A stretch of DNA of 64,000 nucleotides, taken from assembly GCA_046735395.1 (NCBI GenBank), contig JBJKQR010000016.1:1217-65216 (forward strand). Reading direction: 5' to 3'. This document shows positions 21,475 to 31,600 of the stretch, piece by piece. Under the pieces are notes generated by a model, which worked only from the letters and a program-made list of their open reading frames with translations, did no database searches and was not told where the DNA came from. The stretch comes from Fidelibacterota bacterium. Its GTDB lineage: Bacteria; Fidelibacterota; Fidelibacteria; Fidelibacterales; DSDE01. Both the position numbers and the translations under genes were made by a program. The first letter of the stretch is position 1. Every line of letters starts with the position of its first letter.

Positions 21475-23439
21475 ATGCCTCAGAATCTGATTGAAAAAAT
21501 TGTGCAGAACTACGTCATTCATTCCGACGCGAACGTTCACTCCGGTGATTTCGTTACGGTGGAACCGGCTCATGTCATGACGCATGACAACACGGGTGCA
21601 GTCATGCCTAAATTTACGTCCATCGGCGCATCCCGGATCTTCAATCCTCGGCAGCCTGTTTTTACCCTGGACCATAATGTGCAGGACCGGAGCGAGGACA
21701 ATCTGGCGAAATACCGAAAAATTGAGGATTTCGCCGCCAGACAGGGCGTGGATTTTTATCCTGCCGGCCGGGGAATCGGACATCAGATCATGTGTGAGGA
21801 AGGCTATGCCTTTCCCGGGACTCTGGTGGTCGCTTCAGACAGTCATTCGAATATGTACGGCGGCCTCGGAGCGCTGGGAACGCCCATTGTCCGGACAGAT
21901 GCGGCGGCGCTCTGGGCCACGGGCCGCACCTGGTGGCAGATCCCGCCGGTTGCGCGGGTTATTCTCACCGGCACACTGCCTGAACGATGCAGCGGAAAGG
22001 ATGTGATCCTCACACTCTGCGGCCTCTACAATCAGGATGAGGTCCTGAATCATGCGGTGGAATTTTCGGGTCCGGGACTGGATTCGCTGAGTATCGAAGA
22101 ACGTCTGACCATTGCCAACATGACGACGGAATGGGGGGCTCTGGCCGGAGTATTTCCCATTGACTCCGTCTGCCTGGACTGGCTCGGGGAGCGGACTCAT
22201 CTTGTCAATTCCAGGCCACTGCCGCAGGTTCCGTCCTGCGCCGGCTTGTCCGTGCATCCCCGACTGAATCCCGAACGGCTTGCCGCCCTGAGAAAAAATA
22301 TTCCTCATGCCGATCCGGATGCCGCCTATGCTGTAGAGATCAGCCTGAACCTTTCCGAAGTAAAACCGGTGTACACCGGCCCTCATAACGTGAAGACACT
22401 GGGAAATGCTCAGGATGGAAAAGGAATAAAAATTGATAAAGCCTACCTGGTGAGCTGTGTGAACAGCCGGGTGGGAGACATTGCGCGGGCTGCCGATGTA
22501 CTCAGAGGCGGAAAAGTCGCCGATCATGTAAAATTTTATATAGGTGCCGCCAGTCGTGAGGTACTGGAGGAAAGCCGGCAGCGCGGGGACTGGCAGGTTC
22601 TGCTGGAAGCGGGAGCCATAGAGCTGCCGCCCGGATGCGGGCCCTGTATCGGACTGGGAACGGGATTGCTGGAAGACGGTGAAGTGGGGATATCGGCCAC
22701 GAACCGGAATTTCCGCGGGCGCATGGGATCGAAGAATGCGTCCGCCTACCTGGCTTCTCCGGCGACGGTCGCCCGCTCGGCCATGAAAGGATACATTGAT
22801 ATAGAGGATGAAGGTATCAAACTGCCGGCCCGGTCCTGCCGGCGCCTGGCAGCGGCGGAACGGGAGGCAGCCGCGGTTGATATCAGTGATGGATTCCCTG
22901 CCGAATTGAAAGGCGAGCTGGTCTGGTGTCACGCCGACAATCTGAATACCGATGGAATTTACCCCGGTAAATATACCTATGTGGATAGCATTACGCCGGA
23001 ACAGCAGGCGGATGTGGTCATGGAAAATTATGATGCGGATTTTTCCCGCAGGGTCAAGGCCGGCCAGATACTTGCCGGAGGAGCGAATTTCGGAACCGGT
23101 TCAAGCCGGGAGCAGGCTGCAACGGCCCTGAAGTACCGGGGAATTGCCTGCGTGATCGCTGAATCCTTTTCCGAAACCTATAAACGGAACGCCCTGAATA
23201 ACGGTTTCCTCGTTCTGGAAATTCCCGGCTTGGTGCAGGATCTGCGGAAGCAGTTCGGAAAAGACGAGCTGACCCGGATGACCGGACAGGATATCCAGCT
23301 TGATTTCGTTCGCAGCCGGGCACGCTTCGGCGGAAAGAGCTATGCCTTTTCTCCGGTCGGGAAGACGGCTCAGGAACTGGTGCTGGCCGGAAATCTGGAG
23401 AATAAGGTTTCGGCCGAAATCAAGGCCGCTGCCCGCTGA
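21475..23439 (+). CDS. lysF: Single-chain homoaconitase (fungal Lys4/LysF-type aconitase-family protein)
   Basis: QNLIEKIVQ, VMTHDNT, ASDSHSNMYGG, TPIVRTDAA, SCVNSR, GCGPCIGLG, fused swivel domain NLNTDGIYPGKYTY...NFGTGSSREQAA. Confidence 0.8.
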   Translation: MPQNLIEKIVQNYVIHSDANVHSGDFVTVEPAHVMTHDNTGAVMPKFTSIGASRIFNPRQPVFTLDHNVQDRSEDNLAKYRKIEDFAARQGVDFYPAGRGIGHQIMCEEGYAFPGTLVVASDSHSNMYGGLGALGTPIVRTDAAALWATGRTWWQIPPVARVILTGTLPERCSGKDVILTLCGLYNQDEVLNHAVEFSGPGLDSLSIEERLTIANMTTEWGALAGVFPIDSVCLDWLGERTHLVNSRPLPQVPSCAGLSVHPRLNPERLAALRKNIPHADPDAAYAVEISLNLSEVKPVYTGPHNVKTLGNAQDGKGIKIDKAYLVSCVNSRVGDIARAADVLRGGKVADHVKFYIGAASREVLEESRQRGDWQVLLEAGAIELPPGCGPCIGLGTGLLEDGEVGISATNRNFRGRMGSKNASAYLASPATVARSAMKGYIDIEDEGIKLPARSCRRLAAAEREAAAVDISDGFPAELKGELVWCHADNLNTDGIYPGKYTYVDSITPEQQADVVMENYDADFSRRVKAGQILAGGANFGTGSSREQAATALKYRGIACVIAESFSETYKRNALNNGFLVLEIPGLVQDLRKQFGKDELTRMTGQDIQLDFVRSRARFGGKSYAFSPVGKTAQELVLAGNLENKVSAEIKAAAR

Positions 23440-23602
23440 GCCATTCTCCGGTTCAGGTATTGAATATTTCGCAGATATAAAGATTTATACCGCCGCCATT
23501 CTTCATGATGACCGGGTCGGAACGCTTGAAAATAAGTAGGGAAAACGGGCATGCTTTCTTAAATTTCCGCCGTGAAAAGCGGATGTGGACAGGAGTGAGC
23601 GG

Positions 23603-24544
23603 ATGAAGGAACTGATATTCAGCTTTAATGTTGTGATGCCGGTATTTCTCATTGTATTTCTGGGCATTTTCCTGAAACGGATACGCCTCATTGACGAGCG
23701 TTTTGTACAGACTTCCTCCGCGCTTGTATTCAATGTCACCATTCCGGCCCTTATTTTTATCAATATTGCCAAGGCGGATTTTACCCAGGCTTTTCAGGGC
23801 GCTCTGATCGGATTCGGCGTGGTGAGCGAGCTGGCCGCCTTCGGGCTGATCTGGATATTCAGTTACAGTATCCGGGACGCCGCCAGCCGGGGCAGTTTCA
23901 TTCAGGCCGGCTTCCGCAGCAATTTTGCCATTCTCGGCCTGGCCATCCTGATGAATCTCTACGGGCCGAAGTCCATTCCGCCCGCATCGGTTCTGCTGAC
24001 CTTCATCATGCCGCTCTTCAATATCCTCAGCATTATCGCGCTCCTGAAATTCCGCGACAGGCAAAATGGCGGAAAAACACCGAATCTTCTGATGGAAGTC
24101 CTGAAAAACCCGCTCGTTCTCGCTGCCATCGCGGCGCTACCCTTTTCCATCTGGTCCGTTCATATTCCGCAGGTGTTTGATAAAAGCATTGCCTATCTGG
24201 CCTCATTAACGATGCCCCTTGCCCTCATCGGTATCGGTGCCGCCATGAGCTTCAGCGGCCTGAAGACAAATCTGGGCCTGATCTCCATGGCCAGTCTCAT
24301 CAAGATCGTTCTGCTGCCCCTGCTCTTTACGACACTCGCCGCAGTGCTGGGTCTGCGGGGACAGAATCTGGGCATTCTGTTCATTCTGTTTGCCAGCCCC
24401 ACGGCCATTGTCAGTTTTATCATGGCACGGGCCATGAACAGTAACAGCCTTCTGGCGGCCAATGTCATTCTGGTGACGACGCTTCTGTCAATCTTGACTC
24501 TGGGAGGAGGAATCTTTATATTGAAATTCCTTGGAATGATTTAG
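23603..24544 (+). CDS. AEC (auxin efflux carrier) family transporter
   Basis: About 10 TMs; PVFLIVFLG, FRSNFAILGL, LKNPLVLA, ASPTAIVSF; AGGAG RBS before ATG 23603. Confidence 0.88.
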   Translation: MKELIFSFNVVMPVFLIVFLGIFLKRIRLIDERFVQTSSALVFNVTIPALIFINIAKADFTQAFQGALIGFGVVSELAAFGLIWIFSYSIRDAASRGSFIQAGFRSNFAILGLAILMNLYGPKSIPPASVLLTFIMPLFNILSIIALLKFRDRQNGGKTPNLLMEVLKNPLVLAAIAALPFSIWSVHIPQVFDKSIAYLASLTMPLALIGIGAAMSFSGLKTNLGLISMASLIKIVLLPLLFTTLAAVLGLRGQNLGILFILFASPTAIVSFIMARAMNSNSLLAANVILVTTLLSILTLGGGIFILKFLGMI

Positions 24545-24548
24545 GAGG

Positions 24549-24713
24549 AAAGATGAGCGATAAGAAGATAACTCCGATCGGAGAGTGCAGCAGCGATTCA
24601 TCGGTGAATTTCCGGTTGCTGAATCAGGTGAAAAGATGAGCGAAAAGAAAATAACACCGATCGGAGAGTACAGCAGTGATTCGGCGGTTAATTCCTGGCT
24701 GCTGATTCAGGAG
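24549..24713 (+). repeat. Diverged tandem duplication (period 83 nt) of the yhaM 5' end; the first copy is a 28-aa ORF at 24553-24639
   Basis: MSDKKITPIGECSSDSSVNFRLLNQV versus MSEKKITPIGEYSSDSAVNSWLLIQE; 13 substitutions in 78 nt, no indels. Confidence 0.9.
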
Positions 24714-25598
24714 ATTTCCCTGCGGGAAACCCGGGACGGCAAGCCTTATCTGGATATTCTTTTTCGTGACCGCAGCGGAATTATTCGGGGAAAAATGTGG
24801 CGTCTCAAGGGTGCGGAACGGGAGAAATTTTCTCCCGGCCAGGCAGTTGCTGTCAGCGGCCGCATCGATACCTTCAATGATGAACTGCAGCTGAACGTGG
24901 ATAAGATGGTTGTGGTGAATGAAGAGCTGCACCGGGACCGGGGCTTTTCCTGGGATCTGCTGCTGCCCCGATCGTCGCGCGATCCCAATGAACTCTTTGA
25001 CGATATTGTGGAAAAAATTGCCGCGCTGAAATCCGAGCATCTGCAGCGCCTCTGTCTCATGATTTTTGAGGAAAATCATGAAAAACTGCTGAGACACCCG
25101 GCCAGCCTTATTCTGCATCATGCCACGCTCGGCGGATATCTGGAACATGTATGGTCCATGCTGAAACTGGCGGAAAATGCCGCCGGCCTCTATTCTGTCG
25201 ATGAGGATCTGCTGACCGTCGGAATTCTGCTGCACGATATCGGAAAACTTGAGGAACTGAAGGGCTTCCCCGATAATCAGTACACGGATGAAGGAAATTT
25301 TATCGGCCATATCGTTCTCGGTTTTCAGCTCGTCGGCCGGTATGCCGACCGAATCAGCGATTTTCCCGAGGATATTCGTCTCAAACTGGGGCATATCATT
25401 CTTTCCCATCAGGGCGAATATGAATATCAGAGTCCGAAAAAACCGGCCATTCCCGAAGCGATTCTCGTCCATTATTTTGATGAACTGGATGCCAGGATGA
25501 ATATGTTCAATTCCGCGGTTGACCGGGATGCGGCAAAGGGAAATACCTGGACCAGCCGAAGAAATATTTTCGGCGTACCCCTTTTCAGCAAGGCTTGA
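24636..25598 (+). CDS. yhaM: 3'-5' exoribonuclease YhaM/Cbf1 family (OB fold plus HD domain); start revised to 24636
   Basis: TRDGKPYL..RDRSGIIRGKMW OB fold; HHATLGGYLEH, LLHDIGK, GHI, ILSHQGEYEY.SP, HYFDELDA. Confidence 0.85.
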   Translation: MSEKKITPIGEYSSDSAVNSWLLIQEISLRETRDGKPYLDILFRDRSGIIRGKMWRLKGAEREKFSPGQAVAVSGRIDTFNDELQLNVDKMVVVNEELHRDRGFSWDLLLPRSSRDPNELFDDIVEKIAALKSEHLQRLCLMIFEENHEKLLRHPASLILHHATLGGYLEHVWSMLKLAENAAGLYSVDEDLLTVGILLHDIGKLEELKGFPDNQYTDEGNFIGHIVLGFQLVGRYADRISDFPEDIRLKLGHIILSHQGEYEYQSPKKPAIPEAILVHYFDELDARMNMFNSAVDRDAAKGNTWTSRRNIFGVPLFSKA

Positions 25599-26212
25599 TA
25601 CCAATGACCGGATCCATTTTTCAGCGAAATCTTCGCATTGCCCGAAACGGGATTTTCATTGCCCTCTTTCTGGGACTCGGAATGATTTTTGTCTATGTGC
25701 CCAATGTGGAATTCATCATGTTCATGACCGTTCTCAGCGCCCGGGTCTTTTCCTATGGACGCGGCCTTTTTGTGGTGATCTCGGGAGAAAGCCTCTTTGC
25801 CATTCTCAATCCCATGGGCTCATCCCTGGCCTATCCATGGCTTTTTGCCGCCCAGCTTCTGAGCCTGTTTCTCATTGTGACGGTGGTCGGGCTGCTGAAG
25901 CCGGCGATAGCCATATTTGAAGGGCGGAAGTCCTTCCCCTGGGCTCTGGCTGCGCTGGGGATTCTCGTAACCGTCATCTATGATACACTGACCGGGCTGT
26001 CTTTTCCCCTGGCCTCCGGGTTTAATACGGCTCAGATTCTCACGTCCTGGCTGGCAGGAGTGCCTTTTTATGGAATTCATATCTTTTCCAATGCCCTGAT
26101 TTTTATTTTTATTCTCAGTCCGACTCTGGATTACATCCGTGTTCACTATCCGGATCTGGGCAGGGAGGGAGCAGCTTCCATGTCTGCAGAAGAGACGGAG
26201 CCTGTAGCATGA
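25595..26212 (+). CDS. ECF transporter S component-like membrane protein
   Basis: About 6 TMs with VPNVE near the N-terminus and GVPFYGIHIFSN, resembling CbrT-like S components. The start may instead be ATG at 25604. Confidence 0.6.
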   Translation: MIPMTGSIFQRNLRIARNGIFIALFLGLGMIFVYVPNVEFIMFMTVLSARVFSYGRGLFVVISGESLFAILNPMGSSLAYPWLFAAQLLSLFLIVTVVGLLKPAIAIFEGRKSFPWALAALGILVTVIYDTLTGLSFPLASGFNTAQILTSWLAGVPFYGIHIFSNALIFIFILSPTLDYIRVHYPDLGREGAASMSAEETEPVA

Positions 26213-27714
26213 AACACATAAAATTAATTATTTGTAGCGGCTGGCTCAGAATATCATATTTGCGGCGCTCACTGCTCGTCCTGCCGTTTCTGATGGCAAC
26301 TGTTGCCCCGGCAACCGCAACGGATCTGGATGCCTATCCGAAGTATTTCAGTTTTCAGCCGCGGGAACGGCTCCCCATGCTCAGCCTGCCTCAGAGCTGG
26401 CTGGCCCTTCCTCCCATGACGGTCACTCTGCGGGATGATTCGTCCATGACCCGTGCTCAGTACGGCAAGGGAGATTATAATTCATCAGCGGTGGTGGTTG
26501 AATATATGCCGGCCGGAACCGGCTTTTACGGGGCGATGAACCGCGAAACCTACCTGGGCTATCAGCCTTTTCAACGGGCTGATTACCGGATTCTGAAAAC
26601 GGTTCACGACTCGGAACTGGAATTTTCTGATCAGCAGGCGGATTACACGATGAACCTGAGCGATCTGACCGGGCCCGGACATATTTCCTTCAGAATGCGG
26701 AAGGCTGTCCTGAATACTCCGGTTTCCCTGTTTGGACGTTCTTCTGAATTCAAGCTTGAAACGGGTCTGTTAGACCTGAAACGCAGCCACATTGACAGCG
26801 ATGTGGATGGACGTGCTGAAATGCCTTTCCTGAAAATGGAAAATGACCTGCATGCCGGTCCCTCAGTGCTGAGCCTCAGAGTGGAAAACCGGTTCTGGAG
26901 CCATGACAGCTCCGGGGCTCGAACCACATTGGCTGAATTGAAGGGAACGCTGGGAGGATTGAGCGCCGGCCTGGGTTTTCTTGACAGGACGCCCTATCTG
27001 CGGATGAATTTCCACGGTGAAAAATACGGACTTTCCTGGGATACGGGACTGGAACCCCTGTTTCCGGCTCTTGACCTCGGCCCTCTGACGAACCCCAATG
27101 CAAGCCTTCTGGAAAATGTCCATGCCGCAGTTGCTTTTGAAGGACAACACGGGCCCTTTTCGCTGTCTGCAGCCCTGCGGGCCGATTACGGCCTGGCAGA
27201 TGCCTGGGCGACGTTTTATTCTGTGAATTCCATGTCCTATGTTTATCAGAAGGCCGTCACGCCCTTCAGTGCACACGCCAGCCTTCAGACTGCGTTTGCG
27301 ACCCGTTACGCGACACTGGAACTTAATGGAAAGGCGTTCATAACCCAATCCTATTCGGACCTTGATTACGATCCGGAGATCTATTCGCTGTCCGCGCTTA
27401 TAGACCTTCCGCTCACACTGTTCGACGGGAATCTGCAGGCCCATCTTCGCCCCGATGTGGCCTTTGTCGGCAGTTTTTCTCCGGGAAATACATATTTTTC
27501 TCCCGTTTTTCTGAAGTATCTGCAGATTTATGAGGCCGGAAACAGTATTCAGAAGGATGTATTCCTTGGATTTACGGGCCGGGCAAGGATCGGCAGCCTG
27601 GAAATCGAGTACGACATGCGGAATGTTCTGGCGCGTCCGGTGCAGCCGGCTCTGAATGCAGCAGTATATAACCGATTGTTTATGTTGAATATAAACTGGT
27701 GCTGGATGAATTGA
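26209..27714 (+). CDS. Putative outer-membrane beta-barrel protein (hypothetical)
   Basis: Signal-like hydrophobic segment ending APATA, alternating beta-strand pattern, C-terminal strand FMLNINWCWMN. Confidence 0.55.
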   Translation: MKHIKLIICSGWLRISYLRRSLLVLPFLMATVAPATATDLDAYPKYFSFQPRERLPMLSLPQSWLALPPMTVTLRDDSSMTRAQYGKGDYNSSAVVVEYMPAGTGFYGAMNRETYLGYQPFQRADYRILKTVHDSELEFSDQQADYTMNLSDLTGPGHISFRMRKAVLNTPVSLFGRSSEFKLETGLLDLKRSHIDSDVDGRAEMPFLKMENDLHAGPSVLSLRVENRFWSHDSSGARTTLAELKGTLGGLSAGLGFLDRTPYLRMNFHGEKYGLSWDTGLEPLFPALDLGPLTNPNASLLENVHAAVAFEGQHGPFSLSAALRADYGLADAWATFYSVNSMSYVYQKAVTPFSAHASLQTAFATRYATLELNGKAFITQSYSDLDYDPEIYSLSALIDLPLTLFDGNLQAHLRPDVAFVGSFSPGNTYFSPVFLKYLQIYEAGNSIQKDVFLGFTGRARIGSLEIEYDMRNVLARPVQPALNAAVYNRLFMLNINWCWMN

Positions 27715-27804
27715 CGATCAGGCAGGCCGGCTGAAGCTGCTGAAGGTCGCCATCGGTTTCCCTTTTTACATTCACAATGTTCCTCATCACAAAAAATGCC
27801 GGGT

Positions 27805-27854
27805 TTGACGCAGGTCAAGTGGCGCTTGTAATTACTTTAAATGATGTGTATATT
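27805..27854 (+). promoter_or_regulatory. TTGAC-N4-GTCAA palindrome followed by a sigma70-like promoter
   Basis: TTGACGCAGGTCAA at 27805-27818; TTGTAA (27826)-17 nt-TATATT (27849). Confidence 0.55.
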
Positions 27855-27936
27855 TGTCTGAGATAAAAGAGACTTAGGGAGTTTATGCCTGACATTTTCG
27901 AGCAGGAAAAGTGAAAACTACAGACCGGGAAAGCAT

Positions 27937-28635
27937 ATGGGGCGTCTGATAAAAATTTGTATCTCTGTGTTAATGATCCTTGGTGGTGTAACTGCCCTGA
28001 TGGCACAGAATGAGAGTTTCGATGACCTCTTCAATTTTGGTGAGGAGGTTCAGGAGACGAAAGACAGTACGGGAGACCAGTTTGATTCCCTCTTCGGGGA
28101 CAGCAGTGACAGCCTGGTGCTGGACCAGGGCCTGCCGGATCAGAAGGGAAGTGGTGAAGGAGATGTGGTCATAAAAATGCTGGAGAAGAAGGAGATCCCG
28201 CGTCAGCTGGCCCTGACGCTGAGCCTGGCTTCACCCACCTATGTCAGCACTGATCTCATGACCTGGAATTCCTATATTGACGGACGTTTTTCCATCGAAT
28301 TTCCCATGGTGCTCTTCGGTGTGATTCCCGGGTTTTCGGTGGCCACCTTCAAGTTTGAGAACGCGCTGCCGGTCGGCGGTGTGTATAAGGGCGTTTCCAT
28401 GTTCGGAACGGTCTCACGTCCGCTTTTTCCGGGAAAAATTTCTGTCGGTGCCGGTGTCGTCGGTAGCAGTCCGGGCGCATTTATCCAGCAGGGCTATGAA
28501 TTTACTTTCTGGGACCGGCTGATTCTTGGTGCGGATTTCCGGCTGACCTGGACCAGTGCCGGTCCGAATGGTGGCGCTGTCAGCTGGTTTGATATCGGTT
28601 TTACTCCCGGCCTTGTGGCCATGAAGATCAAATAG
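27937..28635 (+). CDS. Secreted hypothetical protein with an acidic N-terminal linker and a small beta-barrel-like C-terminal domain
   Basis: Signal peptide ending ALMA-Q; D/S-rich segment; about 8 amphipathic strands. Confidence 0.7.
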   Translation: MGRLIKICISVLMILGGVTALMAQNESFDDLFNFGEEVQETKDSTGDQFDSLFGDSSDSLVLDQGLPDQKGSGEGDVVIKMLEKKEIPRQLALTLSLASPTYVSTDLMTWNSYIDGRFSIEFPMVLFGVIPGFSVATFKFENALPVGGVYKGVSMFGTVSRPLFPGKISVGAGVVGSSPGAFIQQGYEFTFWDRLILGADFRLTWTSAGPNGGAVSWFDIGFTPGLVAMKIK

Positions 28636-28669
28636 ACGAACTCCTGATGACGGAAAAAAACCGGGTTCA

Positions 28670-31600
28670 ATGATTATGAAACGTATTCTGATAATCCTGT
28701 TTCTGGCTTCCGCAATGGCAAACGCTTCATCGCTGGCCCTGTTTCCGTCCTCCAATATTATCGATTATTCGGCTACGGCCGACAGTTTTCTCGTCAGCTC
28801 CGATACCCAGTGGACAATTTCTCAGGATCCGAGTGACACCTGGGTGACACATCTCAGTACCGCCGACAGCAGCGGAAATGTCACCGTTGTTCTCACGGTG
28901 ACAAAGAATGATCAGAGTCAGGTACAGCGGGTGGCCGTACTGACGGTCAATACGGATGATCTGACTGTCAGCCGTACCTATACGCTGCGGCAGAATGGAG
29001 ATATCACCGATCCAGTGGTGTCCGTGGATTCCAAACGGACAAACGACAACCGCCCCTCCCTGACCGGTACCGTGGACGACAATACGGTAACGATGTCGGT
29101 CGTTGTGAATGGTGTAACCTATAACAATCCGGCGACCTTCAATATTGCCGGAGCTTCGGCCCCCTGTACCTGGACACTGGCTGACAATACGATTCAGACA
29201 CTGGCTGACGGCACCTATGAAGTGCAGGTCACGGCAACGGACCCTGCCGGCAACAGCGGGACCGATGCCACGAACAGTGAACTGGCCGTGGATACAACTC
29301 CGCCTGTTTTTTCCTCTGTGGTCATAAAGTCAAATCAGAGTGATACGACCATCGCCAAAGTCGGAAATATCATTTCCGTCCTCTTCACCAGCAATGAGTC
29401 CCTGAGCGGAACGCCGTCCGTAAGTATTCACGGGAAGGTCGCTGCCGTGAACCGGAGCGGATTGAACTACACGGCCACCTACACGCTGCAGAGCAGTGAC
29501 GCGGATGCAGACCCGCTTCCCTTCACCATCGATGCCGTGGATCTCGCCGGAAATTCCATTACCACCATTACGGAGGATGATATCGCGTCCTCTGTCAAGT
29601 TTGACAAGACAGCCCCCACACTGACGGACGTCAGTATCAGCAGCAACAACGCCAATCCGGCCCTGGCCAAATCAGGCAACCAGATCAGCGTGGTATTTAC
29701 GGTGAACGAAACCCTGAGATCCACACCGACCGTGACCATTAATTCACAGTCCGCCACGGTTTCGTCCTCAGGCGTTCTCACCTATACCGCTCTCTATACC
29801 ATGTCATCCCTGACAGACCTGGCAGCCATTCCCTTCACCATCAATTACATTGATAAGGCCGGCAACAGCGGCGCTCAGGGAACGTCTACAACCGATGCCT
29901 CTTCGGTGCGCTATGATGTGACGGCTCCGACCCTGTCCAATGTTTCCATTGTATCCGGAAATGCAGTGCCCACCCTCGCCAAAACAGGGGACCTGGTCAC
30001 CCTGACCTTTACGGCCGACGAAACCCTTCTCAGCTCGGCACTGCCGACGGTGAATATTCTGGGTACGGCGGTTACACCCACAAAAAGTGGTCTGGATTAT
30101 ACGGCTGAATATACGCTATTGGCTACCGATACACAGGGACTGGTGTCTTTTACCATCGATTTTTTCGATGCGGCCGGCAATGCGGGCCTGCAGGTGGATG
30201 AAAATTCCGCCTCCAATTCGGTGACCTTTGACCGGACCAAGCCGACATTGAGTAATCTGAAAATACAATCGAACAATGCCGACTCGACCCAGGCGGTTGT
30301 CGGGAACCAGATCTCCGTAACCTTTCTGGTCAGTGAACAGCTTGGCGCTGATCCCACCGTCACCATCAGCGGCCGGGCAGCCACCATCAGTAAAAGCGGA
30401 CTGACCTATACGGCAGTTTACACGATGCAGGCCATTGATACGGAAATTGCCCAGATTCCTTTCACTGTAGACTTTACCGACCGCAGCGGGAATGCGGGAG
30501 TTCAGGTGACGCAGACATCCACATCCGACGGATCCTCCGTAAAATTTGATAAGACAGCGCCGACTCTGTCCTCAATCTCCATAACCAGTTCCAATGCGGT
30601 AGCAACGCGGGCAAAGATCGGCGACACCATCACGCTCAGTTTTACTGCAAGCGAGACACTGCATTCGACCATGACGGTCCTGATTCTGGGCAACGCGGCC
30701 ACGGTGACACACAGCGGCCTGGATTATACGGCCACCTATGTGACCCAGAATACGGATGCATCGGTGAATCCCGTTCCCTTTTCCATTGCCTACAAGGATC
30801 CGGCCGGGAATGCAGGGGCCACCGAAACATCCACAGATGACGCATCCGCTGTGAATTTTGACCGTACGGCACCGACCCTGTCTGCCGTGCATATCAGTTC
30901 GTCGAACGCGGATAATACGGTGGCGATTTCCGGTGATGTGGTCAGCCTCACCTTTACGGCCAGCGAGGCGCTTAATGCGAATCCGACGGTTCTCATCGGC
31001 GGGCGCGCCGCTTCGGTCTCGGCGAATGCACTGAATTATACCGCGACCATAACCATTCAGGGCAGCGACGCCTCCACCGATACTCTGAGTATCAGTATCG
31101 CCTTCAGGGATGCTGCCGGAAATTCGGGAACGACGGTGACCCACACCGACGGATCGGTTGTTGCTGTTGACAATACGGTTCCCACGCTCAGTAATATCAG
31201 TATCCGCAGCAATAATGCCGATTCATCGGCCTTTGCCAAAGCCACCGACCAGATACGTCTTACCTTCACCGTGAGTGAAGTGCCCGGTGCGGATCCGACG
31301 GTCACCATCATGAGCCATGCCGCAACCGTTACCCATACCGGTCTGAATTATACGGGAACCTATACAGCTCAGGCAACGGATGCGGATGCTTCACCGGTTA
31401 CATTTACCATCAACTGTTCCGATGCGGCCGGAAATTCCAGCGCTACCGGGACGGCGACCACCGATGCCTCATCGGTCATTTTTGATAAGACGAAGCCGAC
31501 TCTGACGGCCCTGAGTATCGTTTCGGATGGGATTAATTCCGCCTATGCCAAAACCGGCAACACCGTAACCCTGTCTTTTACGGCCAATGAAACGCTGGGC

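Noticed and set aside
24549-24713. Diversity-generating retroelement TR/VR pair
   Set aside because: Mismatches are not confined to adenines (many are C/T or G/T), the repeat is at a 5' end, and no reverse transcriptase is present.
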